A stretch of 59,836 nucleotides of DNA, the filler included, from Catajapyx aquilonaris (Eukaryota), in the NCBI GenBank assembly GCA_000934665.2. It is 3 parts of 3 records of this genome, joined end to end, with 100 filler letters (N's around TTAATTAATTAA, not from the genome) between each part and the next. Parts side by side here need not be neighbours in the genome. Positions count along the whole stretch, not along the records: positions 19,983 to 39,870 come from JYFJ02006375.1; 2 more parts are not named here. The stretch is one strand, 5' to 3'. This document shows, piece by piece, positions 25,171-37,065 of this stretch; position 1 is the first letter of the stretch, and each line of letters starts with the position of its first letter. A program made the position numbers and the translations under genes. A model generated the notes under the pieces. That model was given only the letters and a program-made list of their open reading frames with translations. It was not told where the DNA came from and ran no database searches.

Positions 25171-28100
25171 CCTGCTTGACCGCAGTGTATGTAATGTCCC
25201 TTTGTCCAAGTGTTTAATCTCAAATGTTCAGGTATAACAAGCCGTCTGGACGTTTGACACGACCGGTCACTATGGTGGTCACAACCGTGCCCCTGGGACT
25301 TAAATTGGGTGCAAGGCGTCACCCTGTCAGCAGATTTTCTGCCAGCATATAGTAACGCAGCACGATAACCATCGTGTCAAATCTCCACAACATTAATCAT
25401 AGCCTTAAGTGTGGTTGCAGAAGCACTATGAGGGTGAACAAAGGCGACCACGCCCTAGTCTTTGGACTGTGCAGCCATTCCCGGGTTGCTGAGTGAGCAA
25501 CGCCGTGGAAGGGTGAGACCTGAGAACGTGCCATTCACTGGGGACACAAATGCAACAGACGACTGGAACCGTCTCTATGGACCCCAGCAGGATTCACAGA
25601 TGACCCCTGATGAAATCCTCCAATCCTGCCACTTTAAAACACGACTCCGAACGGAACCCCAAACACTGGTACTAGCAATGTAAGAAGGTGTCAATGATTC
25701 CTGTCATGTAGCCCAGGACTGACATATCATGCTTACATATACATTATTTTTATTTTTATTTTTATTATTTTTAATAGTATATGTATATGTCCAGTCAGTA
25801 TGACTACATAATAAGCCGGTATTGCCAATAACTCATTCAGTAAAACCCATCTGAATCAAACGTTCAATATGTTTTATTGTTATATGGGGTTATGGTCCAA
25901 CTCAAGTTAGAATCCCGACAATTAAAATTTTTAGTTTGAAAACCAGTTATTATTATTTTTCTTCCCCAAATGATACAATTTGAGCAAGTGATAGGGACAC
26001 TCCCCTATGTTTTATTATTATTATATGGGGTGATGATAATATATTAGCCCGCCAGCCAGCCGTTGCAGCCGTTAATACACTGGTTCCGTGGACGACTGGT
26101 CCCTCGCCCACCGGGAATTCCATTTACTATGCAACCAAGACCATGGGTCTTCTCATATTGTCGTCAACTGATGCCGTGGTGGCAGGCCACCGCCTGTTAT
26201 GTTTTGGCGTCCGNTAAATGTAAATGTAATCATGTGAGGAAGGAGGAGGGTCGGCCAAGCGGCATTAGCTGCAGGCCGACAGACTAAATAAAGCACAAAA
26301 CAAACAAACAACAACAACTATCTACTTAGCTGGTGATTGTTACACGGTATGTCCGGAAGGTGGACGGTGAACATCCGATGGCCACTGAATACTTCCAAAA
26401 CCAGAGTTGCGGCCACGGTACTTAGGTCCGCATCGAACGGACTATAGGACAGTCCTTCCTTCCCATTTGGTGCCGTCCCACCATGTTGCTGGACCATGTA
26501 CACTGGTTTCTCTTCTCTCTGGATAGAAGTGGACACCGCAGGCCTTCCGCTCTAGCGGCCTGTTGACACAGTTCCATAAGGACTGAATCGTGCTGCCAAG
26601 CCACTTTTCACCATGGTTGTAGCCAGGTGATATTAAAGTACGTGGTGTGCTGTTTGGAACTAAATCAATACGATAATTACAACGATTTGTAGTCAGGGGG
26701 CACGGTCGTTGCTAGCGCGCCTTCCTCTCCTGGCTACATGCGTTCGGATCCACTCTTGGTGAGTTATTACGTAGCTAACAATGATTGTTGGATGGAAATA
26801 ATTTCGAATTAGCACCAAGGGATGGATCACCAACGGTACCTGCTGACACTGTGGAGCGTCATGAACTCCATGGTGCCGGTAGAGTGCGGTTGGCTTTACA
26901 TTAATAATATACGTGAAAGGAGTCCAATGAATATAATAATGATCAATTCCCAGTAATTACAATATTACAAAATAGTTACGTTGAGTGAAGAAAGAATAAC
27001 TATACCTTGAGAATAATGGAATATAATAATATTTGAAACGGTGCTGAGAGCAGTAAATAAATGAATAATAAATAAGTAATTGAGCTGGTCAAATTTACCA
27101 TCAGCGAATGTCGTATTTTAATTAAGTGAGATGCTTTAATTTTTCCCACAACTATGCTTGTGGAGGCACTTACGAGATGCAAGGTTAAACAATGAGTACT
27201 ATGTATAACATTTTTACTTGCTAAACATTTCAACGTATCACAGCACACCACGTCAAAATAATATAATGCAAAACAAGGAATAATGTCAATCTTAATGAGA
27301 GTATGAATTATAAGTCAATCGATCTTCGCTCCTTTTCACGTCAATATAATGTGAATGTGGTTGAATAAAAATAATATAATAAATACTAAATAACAATCAT
27401 GAAGATACCAATGCATAATAATGATATGATGAGTTAAAGAACACTAAATAATATTAATCACAATTAGGGCTACTTGTTTACTCCGCAAATGCGATGGTTA
27501 ATAATAGATAACCACGAAAGATTAAAAACAGAGGAATAAGCAAGGCCATGCAAGGTTAAATTGCCTGCCTCATTCTGCGTTTGAAATTGATAATTAGACA
27601 ATTCCCAGGTTCACCTTTGGGTGCGTTTTATTTATCCATAGTTGTACCTTTAATGACCTTTTATTTCGGTACGATTAATTCAAGACCCCCTTCTCTCAGG
27701 TCCTTTAGTAGGGCAATGCAAAGGGACCTTCTCCACACGTGCGAAGTCGGGAGAAACCGGCCGCTTTTGCGTCGAGGACGTAATTTGAATGAGTTTCCCG
27801 ACACTCTTTGACTCAGACTCGACAGGTGGCTTTCTGACGTCACAAAATGTTAAGTTCCAAAAAGGGAACCAAGAGTTTGAATGAGTTTTGGCACGGCAAA
27901 CATTCGTCCCACAAATAACCAATTCGCTGCCCTTAAAGAAAAGAGAATCTGTCCTGATGTTTTGTTGTAGTCCCATAATTACCAGGCTACACCGGTTATT
28001 TTGTGTGTATTCGTTTTTTTTTTGTTCTACTTATGCAGTAGAAGACCGTTAGAGAAATGGGTCTTTCCATAATACCGGCAGCTGGTACCATTCAACAATC

Positions 28101-30419
28101 TGCCCCTGGGCAGCCATGACCGGTAATGACCTCTAGTACGACCCTACAGTGGGAAGCGAAATAGTATAATGTGCCCACACTGATATAATGATGACGGATA
28201 TGCAGGTCGTTGGGGGTCCAACCTCCTCCATCTGTGGCTTGTCGGACTCCATCCCTCTGATAATGAAATGGTCCTGGAAATGAACTTTCAGAAAAAGGCC
28301 GAGGAGTTCACAAGAGTTTGAAGCACACTAGGTCTGACCCCTATGTGGTGGCTTGTCGATATCAAAGTTATCTTCACCCAGGGCCCGGGAAGCATAATAA
28401 TAATTATTACGCCACTAATTTTGGAGGAGGGCGTTAAAAGCCAAATCGGAGGTCGTATGTAGGGCAGCAAGCGAATTGATTATTATGGTTATTATGGAAA
28501 AATATTATAATAAATAGGGGTAGTTGTGCATCATATAGCAGGCAAGAATAAGGAGGTCAGAGCGAGTTGTGAATATAGTATTATGATAATGATTGTAGTG
28601 GCAATATTTAAGAAATACTAAAGAAATGAGTCCCGAGAATAAGTGATTACCATCATCCGGTGTTCCTCGAAAGTACCTGACACGTATTACACACATATTG
28701 CCAGACAAGCCATTTTCATTCTTATGATAAGACTATAATAGTGGCAATGGGAGCCACCGAGCGTTTGAGGAAACTATGATGTTCATACGGCAAAGAAGGG
28801 AAACTTGAATACGGGGCCAATAACTTCACAATAAAACAAAGATAGAGATCGTAAAAAGAGAGACTTAACACTTATGATAAATGTAGTCCGGTTGGTTTTA
28901 CAATGGTAGTGTTAAATACTAATGGGACAGTAACTTGCCTACAGGACACAACCACTACGAAGGCCTGCTTCCAACAGCCGTTGTTTAATGCACGGTACAC
29001 GATTAAGTTTTAGTCCTCAGACGCTTCTACCATTTCAAGGAATAGCGGGTTACTATTTGTAGCATTATAGGCTCATCAATTGATGATGCAATACCCAGAG
29101 CGACACATTGTTTGGTATTTTCGTCAGAATACCACGTATTTTCCTTAAGGAAGCCAGTACAGGCCGGTAGGATAAGGTCGGCAGGCTCCTAGCCGACCGG
29201 TGGGAGAAAGTCCAGCATAAAACGAACACATAAAATAATATGAAATTAATAATAATCTTAATGATATTGTCAATGACGTAACAAGTAACCATGATAAAAC
29301 AAAACATAGGCCATGAGTCAGCCATTATCACAGTGATAGGTCGCATTTTTAAAAAATGAACGTCCTTTTATAGACTCTTCGGAGTAATTCAACATGTTCC
29401 AACATGTTCCACTGACTTATCACCAGCTCCAATTTTTGCTAATTGCTATTCAAGTAAACGGAAGGCTTTTGCTTAACTCCACGTGCAAGCCAGCATTGCA
29501 CCAATGTTCTTCCATATGCATAGAGTCTGGATGGACTGAAGCAACTGCCTCAATCTTTTGTCGCATCATTCTCTTTGAAATATTTTGGGATGTTGGTAAT
29601 GTACAGCGCTCTATAATCAGTCATCACATCGATCCTTTGTGGGGAAATTTTTGTCTCCATCTCCTCCAGTCTCCGCAAGTGCCACACAATTATTCCTCTG
29701 AGCAGGATACTGCTGTGTTTGACTTAGGCCACCTGCAGGCTCCTTAGAGAATATCACTCTCTTTTCCCCAACCCTCTGGGGACGGAAAATGACCGGATGT
29801 CTCTTTCCAAACATTCCATTCCAGTTTTGTGGAGAACCAAAAGGCTCCCACCAGTTATGGAGTTTTTCTCCTATCATGAGCATTGCCACTCCCGTTCCAG
29901 TTTTGTGTAGGCTCGAACACAGAGACAACGGTTAGAAACAAACCGTTATCCTAGTACCATCCAATTTTAAAAGACGATTATCTCTCGGGAATGGGTCCCG
30001 GAGCGCCCGGACTGTGCGTATAAAGGCTTCGGAACGGATAATGCCTATTGCGAACAATCTTGGCATGAGAAAATTTAACACGGAAACTTTATACGGTGTG
30101 ACATCATCTATCCCACGTGGCTCTGTCTCAGGGTCCAAAATGGTAGCTTGTCACTGGTAAATGAGGTCTAGGTCATCCTGCCTGATTTCCACCATTACCG
30201 GTGAAATGGGAGGATCTAAGAATATAGGCAGACTGATAAGTGCCCACAACTCGCAAATGCTCCAATAATACAATTAAACTAATAAAAAGTCAAGCGGCCC
30301 TTCCATGTTGTAGACGATCCGCTGTCCGGTCGGACTCAGCTGCCGCAAGTACTCCTCGTAGATGCTGCGTACACCCAATGATACAGGTCATTACGTTAAT
30401 TAAAAGTCATAGCAGCATA

Positions 30420-30620
30420 GTTGCTGACTTCTGTGTCACTATGGAAGGCAACTTGCTAAGGAAGATTTTGCAATTCTTGTTGGGAAGGTTTGGGTGAATA
30501 TTAGAGCAGAGGTCATCAGGCATTCTTTTGAAAAAAAAACTTGAATTTTTGATACACGGCTTCCTTTTCCAGTCAACAGCGATGCATTTCCCAGGGACAA
30601 ATTTGATCAAACAGAACTCC
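30420..30620 (+). mobile_element. pogo/Fot1 (DDE_1) transposase C-terminal fragment
   Basis: + strand reads RQLAKEDFAILVGKVWVNIRAEVIRHSF...FPVNSDAFPRDKF. Confidence 0.55.
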
Positions 30621-32094
30621 AGAATATTTGGAGTCACTGTCACCAGAACCGAACAGGCCTACTACCTGAGAGGGTTCAACCTCACAACTTCATTCAGCGC
30701 CTCATTCAGCCAGTTCATCAGATGTGAATAATGTGGTCAGCTAAAAATAACCTCCTTCCAACTACAACAACGATTATGTAGCGGGGTATGGAGCAGGGGA
30801 AGGCAGGCACCATGTTGAACCCGATCAAGGCAGCAGCCATTTTGAACAACCCCCCCGAGTCAAGCCGAATATTCTAGAAGGCCCAAATTCACAATATCTA
30901 CTGCCCGGACTTATAGCTCCACAGATAGAAGGACAACCAACCATAGGTAAGTCGAGCCGAGTATAATGGGTGCCCACCTGACACCCTGTTTCTTCATTTA
31001 AGTGCACCCAGCAACCGGTGACATTTTCCTGCAGGTGATCAACGACTGAGAAATGTCTGACATCCTACACGCCATCTCTAATCTTCGAAGTTTGCCAATC
31101 CAGGGGATGGAAAAGATCTGTGACAAGTATATTGATCGCATTCAGACTCTTCGATGCTTAAGAAAGATTAACGCGCATCGACGAAGGCAAGCCAACATTC
31201 TCTATCGAGAAAGACAAGATAGATGGTCATTTGAATTATTTAGCAATGAAGAACAGTTCTGCTCATCGTTGCCTAAAGAGTTCATATATGACATTTTACC
31301 TGTGATTGGAAAACAATGTGATCGTATATTTAATATCTGTATACCTGTGTCATGCCGCACACCTTCAGATGTACAGTGTTTGGCAAGCTCTCAAGGAAAG
31401 GTGTGTACATGTAGAACTGGAGTAAAATATCGACGAGGATCATTTAATTGTTTATTCAAGCCTTGTGTAAATAGTAGCCTACATATCAAATATGTTTCAC
31501 ATTAAATAATACATTAGCTGTTATATATGGTTGTTGGTAGTTTCATTTACGGGTAAATAATCTCTGGACCATCATAAGACAGGTACCACTGCTCCAGCCT
31601 CGCTTCAGCCTCGGGTTCGCCCCCATGCTTTCGGGGACTTAGTCCTCCCTACCATCCTGACCGGTACAAGGTGTACTGTTCGGTCAGAGTTGCCCAAATA
31701 CGCTCATCACATTATTTCAGGCCCACCTCCATGGGTCGCAAACAGACTACAGATGACTCCAACAAAGAGGGATGTACCAGATCCCAAGACACTTCAGGCG
31801 AACCCTGCAAAGAGGGCTGCACCAGCTCCTGGTCAGACCTTGGAGTGCGAGCCTGGGAACCCTGTAGGCACGGGCTTACAACAGTTTGTTACAATTGGTA
31901 CATTAAATGGTGCTTGTGGTTTCAGGAGGCTACAGAGGCTTACATAGTTGGCCCACAATGTTGCCCTAGTAAATGTCACCTGGGAACCCTACACACCTCA
32001 TATAGCAATCGAACGGATTCATGACATGGGCGAGTGTGCCATTACATAAGTTTCAGATAGGAACTCCAAGCAGGCAAAGGTTGACATCTGATGG

Positions 32095-32290
32095 GTGGAA
32101 GTGTTTTCCCATTTCCAAACGAACTCTGTTCCATGTGATGAAATAATAATAAAATCGTTGAATTTATTCTGTCTCCTCGGGACTAATGCACCTACTGAAA
32201 GAATCATCTCACATGAACGGACAAGCGAGAAAACACAGCTTAGCATTCAAACATTGAAAGCAATGCTTATTGTGAAATGTAACTTCGAGA
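32095..32290 (+). mobile_element. hAT transposase dimerisation-domain fragment
   Basis: CLLGTNAPTERIIS....EKTQLSIQTLKAMLIVKCNF. Confidence 0.75.
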
Positions 32291-32399
32291 GCGTCAGCAC
32301 CGAGGACCCGTGCGAGATACTTCACGACGCGACGTCCTCATGCAGCGCCCAGATCTACTGAGGAAATACATATGTCTCAAAAGTATTCTTTGGCAACTG

Positions 32400-33483
32400 T
32401 GGTTCCAGAGGGGGCGACTCCAAGCATTACTTAAGCAGCTGTAAGCAAGATGCCAAGTTTTGCCAAACTCACCAGTGCCTCGCAATTGGCGTGACTTTCT
32501 TCGAAATAACCGCAACAAGGGGAAAAAAAAATCTCTCCTAGGAAGGGATCTAGTTGAGAATGTGAGAACTGCAATGGTCGTCACTAAGATTGCAGAAGTC
32601 AGTTCTGAAACCGCTACAACATCTCTTGTTGGACTTACTTGCACTTCTTATGAGGAGACAGATGGACGGATTATAGTGCACACAAGAGATGCAGTCATCC
32701 ATGCTGGGACCGGAACCGTTCTCATAAGAACTGTTGATACTATGTTTTGGTCCTTGCCATATCTTTCTTCTTTGAGTTGAGGACTTTGGGCCTTGAAGAA
32801 CTGTGGGTTTCAATTAACTTTGGTCAGAAACAAAGGTACACTCCAGCTCACATCATTGCCTTGGCGCTTGGTTCAGAGAAATCTGTCGCCCTATGGGGCT
32901 TCCACGCATTCACAGGGTGTGACACTGTTTCAACATCTGCATTCCCTGGGAAACTCAGTGCCTGGAAAACATGGCAGTCCTATGATACGGCTACTGCTGC
33001 TTTCAGTGCCATTACAACTCCACTTCCAGAACTGCCAATGGACGTACTCCATGAGCTTGAACAATTTGTTGTCTGCATGTACCATAAGAAATATTTGGGC
33101 AACAAGACACATGTTTTCGACTTCCTAAGAAAACCTGTGTGACCAACATCAGAAGCACTCCGACAGCATGCTTTGAGAAAGAAGCAGCTACCAAGCCGCC
33201 AAAAGAAGCAGCTACCAAGCCACCAAAAAAAGCAGCTACCAAGCCACCAAAAGAAGCAGCTACCAAGCCGCGGCCCAAGGGCGGCCACATTTGGGATCAG
33301 TGCATGAACCCGCACGCAGAAATCCCTAGTCCAGATAACTGGGGATGGATGAAAGATGGTTCAAACTGGCTTCTGAAGTGGACGTCTCTTCCCACAATAT
33401 GGCAGGGCTGTCGTGATCTTGTGAAGTGCAGATGCAAAGCAGGATGTTCTGTGACTTCAAACTGCAGCTGTAGACGCTACTAG
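32400..33483 (+). mobile_element. Academ transposase C-terminal fragment (frameshifted)
   Basis: PRNWRDFL, EETDGRIIVH, RTVDT, FHAFTGCDTVS, GKLSAWK, LEQFVVCMY, PSPDNWGW, LVKCRCKAGC...NCSC. Confidence 0.85.
33178..33270 (+). repeat. 24-bp tandem repeat, ~4 copies
   Basis: Unit AAAGAAGCAGCTACCAAGCCACCA. Confidence 0.9.
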
Positions 33484-34789
33484 TAGCGTGAGTCGAGATA
33501 GTTGCTGGTGTGACAGAGTTGATTACCGTACCATTCGACTACCACCTATGTCTACAAACAAGTCGAATATCTGTCAGATCATGCGAGCGCTTACCTCTTC
33601 TTACCCAGCATGCATTGTAGCACCATGATATAAGCCCGAACATTTCTGTAATCGAGGCCAGTCGCCTGGGGTAGATCCTAGTGGCTGGTCAGACCGTGAG
33701 GTCTTCCTTCCTGTACTTTACCTAACCTTAGCTATCCTGTAGTCTTTCCATCTTTGATTGGTCGAATAAAAGTCGTTCTGGTTTACCCACTGCATATTCT
33801 TCAAGTGATCCCAACCGCTCGGGGTCACACTGGCTTATGCTCTAATTTTGGCGGTTTTTTGTTAAGGTCGTATTGGGCCCCGAAATATTTACTCACTCCA
33901 ACCTCCAATATGTTACACCCCAACCATTTAATACAACATGTGCTGAATATGCTATTATCCCTTCATCGTACTAGTCGCGTACCCGGTATATCAGATCCCT
34001 TTATTTTTTATTATTGCTACTGAGAGGAGTATGTTAGGTCTCCACCGCAGAAATGGAGTTCAAGCACATAAACTTGAGATACGCAATGGTACCGAAGGAT
34101 CCATCTGATGGGATGGCCCCCTCTTGGGCGACTATTTAAGTCGCCTCCATACAAGCACCCGCCTGACCATCATTTGCCCGGAGGCTTTCAGCGGGGGTAT
34201 GCAGATACTGCGGGTGAATAATAACTGGATCTCCGATTGGCGTTGGTTGTCTCCGGACTCGACCCTGGTAGTGCGGCCCTGGGATCATTTCTCCAGCGCC
34301 AAGAGCCTCCATTCCTCTACCTCTGGCTGGGAGTCCAAATTGCCTGCCTTGGACCAGAGGCAATTGGCAACTTGGTGGTCCATGCAGTAGTGTCTGGGGT
34401 GGGGGACATAATGGGGCTGCCGGTCAACATCGCCCAGTCCATTGCGGCCATGGTTGTGGTGGTGGTGGTGGTGTTTGTCATTTATTGCAAGGTATGTTAC
34501 GAAATGTTTTATTTTACTGCGGTACTGATTTTATTTGACTTGTACACTTGCAGAATATGAAGAAACAGGGGGCGAAGAAACGGGAGACCAAGGTGCAAGA
34601 AACCCAAGTCTAAGGGTGTCTTTCCTTCCTGGTTCGCGACAATCCAACCCCTCTGGTGCGACATGTCACCGTGGATTAGATGCTTGGAGGCGGTGACGTC
34701 AGAGGCCAGCTCGAAAACTGCAATATACTCTGACAATTACTGTGGCTTGTGTTGACTATAGTGATCCGACATGTGACAGTTCTCTTTAG

Positions 34790-35245
34790 GTACCCACGGT
34801 GCATGCACCAAGTGTCCTGGTAACCAAAACCGAAGAGAACCAGAGGCAGTATTCTTTACATATGGATGGGAGTGCTGTGTGCTGCAATTTGGAAGATTTT
34901 GACACTTGTTTGGCCGGAATTTTGGCCCTGTATTTTACTTTTGATGTACAATACCCAAAAAAGTGTAGGAGTACACTATACTTCCTACAGGTAGAATTGG
35001 CAGGCATCAAGGAGACGCAGGAAAAAGTACCCATATCTGTCAGCAGACTGATGTCTTACTTATCGCTCAAAAGCCAGCTAAAAATAATCAAGAACCGCCT
35101 GAGGAACGCAATGGAAAACGAGTTCCTCAGGGCGGCAATTTTTATGGCCATGGAGAGAGACCTTACCTACAAAATAGATAATGTTGATGTGCTGGAAGCT
35201 TTAGCAAGGTCTTCTCCACTTCTCAGCCGACTTCTTTTGTATGAC
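34790..35245 (+). mobile_element. Chimeric cassette: SAMD3/CMC-type exon fused to an hAT transposase C-terminus
   Basis: ALYFTFDVQYPK..STLYFLQ joined to SQLKIIKNRLRNAM...ERDL...DVLEALA. 296 bp of it recurs at 35960-36255. Confidence 0.7.
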
Positions 35246-35960
35246 GTGGCCGAATTTGCCACCAGAATCAAAAAACTTGGGCGAAAAAATAACCAGAAGC
35301 TTGGGCAGTAGGAGAGTCTCCCATGTTGCAGGCACAGCTATTGGCTCAGTACAGAAAGGGACTCACTTCGAGAAATATCCGGCAAATGCTAAGCTGGAAA
35401 GACCCCAAAACATTAGAGCAGGCAGTAGAACTGGCTCGTAAGGAAGAAACCAATGAGAAAGGTTATATGTACAAGTCGCGAAAGGGAAGCGAATTGCATG
35501 CTATTGACATGCTATTGACGGAACTAATCCGAGCGTACAGGGTAAGGCACACTGTACGTTTTGCGGAAAAGTAGGTCATTGAGCTGTCTATTGCTACGCA
35601 AGAATAGGAAGGAAAACAACTCCACCTCAAGGGCACGGTCAGGCGCAAAATAAGAGATGTTGTAATCGAGGGCCTTCCATGTAGGATGTTATTGCACTCA
35701 GGCGCAAGAATAAGTGTAATAAGTGATGATGTCTGGCAACGCATATGTCAGGGCAATAAACTGTACAGTGGAAATGATGTAATAGGAGTAGGAGTAACAG
35801 GGGACTTGTTGTTGCCATTGTTGGGAAGCCGCAGAATATGGATAGATGTAGGTAATAGAAGATATTACCACCAACTTTGGGTAGCTAGCAAGTTGCCGTT
35901 GAGAATGGCAGAAGGTATTTTAGGTTGGGACTTTATGCAAGACGGGGATCTAAAAATAAA
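35246..35960 (+). mobile_element. Gypsy gag and aspartic protease fragments
   Basis: VAEFATRIKKLG, PKTLEQAVELA, then MLLHSGARISVIS...GILGWDFM (degenerate DSGA motif). Confidence 0.75.
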
Positions 35961-36255
35961 CTTTTGATGTACAATACCCAAAAAAGTGTAGGAGTACACT
36001 ATACTTCCTGCAGGTAGAATTGGCAGGCATCAAGGAGACGCAGGAAAAAGTACCCATATCTGTCAGAAGACTGATGTCTTACTTATCGCTCAAAAGCCAG
36101 CTAAAAATAATCAAGAACCGCCTGAGGAACGCAATGGAAAACGAGTTCCTCAGGGCGGCAATTTTTATGGCCGTGGAGAGAGACCTTACCTACAAAATAG
36201 ATAATGTTGATGTGCTGGAAGCTTTTGCAAGGTCTTCTCCACTTCTCAGCCGACT

Positions 36256-36765
36256 CTGTGAGAAGAGAATAGTGTTAAATCCTAAGCCTGTAATTGTGCC
36301 TTTGACTCATAATGGACAGTGGTTGTTCAACACTGCCGAAGATATTAAGTTACACATAAGCTGCCCCAAATCCGACAAGGACGCTGGGCATACGAGTCAC
36401 GTATTGTTGAGTGGTACTGGACGTGCGGTCATTCCAATGGGTTGCTCAGCCCATGCCACAGGGCTGCGAACAATTTCATTGGAAGAACACAGCGGAGGAA
36501 ACAAGTGGATGGACAATTTATTTTCCCTCATTTGGACGGTGTATTAACTGATGTAGAACATCTGTTCGTTGCTGCCCGCCAGCATGTGAATATGTTGCAG
36601 CATAAAAATGTGAGCAAAGTGATGCGAATGTTGAGAGAAACTGAAAATATTGTTGGTAAACACGAGTACCAGGTGCCACTAAGACAGTTCCAACACTCAC
36701 TGAAGGAATTAAATGAACGGGATAGTGATAATTTGCTAAACGATATCAGTAGTTTACCGTTGTAA
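36256..36765 (+). mobile_element. Retroelement envelope-like fragment
   Basis: CEKRIV...GQWLF...LHISCP...LSGTGRAVIPMGCSA resembles the C-terminal part of errantivirus-type env; assignment from memory. Confidence 0.5.
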
Positions 36766-36871
36766 TATGTGCCACTCCACTTTTCCCACCATCCTGCTTG
36801 CCGAAGATTTGAATAATTACCCATCAGGATAACTATCCAAACTTACGGAGGGGGAATTGTTACACCTGTGC

Positions 36872-37065
36872 AACCGAAGCAGTAGTGGAGTGGATAGGGT
36901 GTCCGACTGCTAATCGGAAGGTCCTGGGTTCGAATCCCGGAGGCCGGCGACCCTGACCATGGTTTTCTGTGGTTTCCCATGGTCCTTGCAGGATAATTCC
37001 GGGGTCGTTACCGTAATATAGGCCACAGCCGCTTCCTTCCTTCCCTTTCCCTGCTTCATTCCGCT
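36872..37065 (+). mobile_element. tRNA-derived SINE family C
   Basis: tRNA-like head (GGTTCGAATCC B-box) followed by GGTTTTCTGTGGTTTCCC...GGCCACAGCCGCTTCCTTCC. Confidence 0.75.

Noticed and set aside
29932..30138. VTPYKVSVL resembles the N-terminus of APC5
   Set aside because: The match is only a few residues, has no exon structure and does not extend.
34799..35311. In-frame fusion ORFs of unrelated TE pieces (also 20847-21221 and 36020-36547) as novel chimeric genes
   Set aside because: Other junctions in the mosaic are out of frame, so the in-frame ones are compatible with chance. No promoter or expression evidence.
20282..36800. CRISPR-like repeat-spacer architecture or a single intact Gypsy element
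   Set aside because: No recurring repeat was seen between fragments. Domains are out of order, come from different families, and no reverse transcriptase is present.
36872..36945. tRNA-like sequence (also at 3020-3097, 38590-38655 and 54480-54550)
   Set aside because: No proper acceptor stem, and each runs into a repeated body and simple tail, so these are SINE heads rather than tRNA genes.
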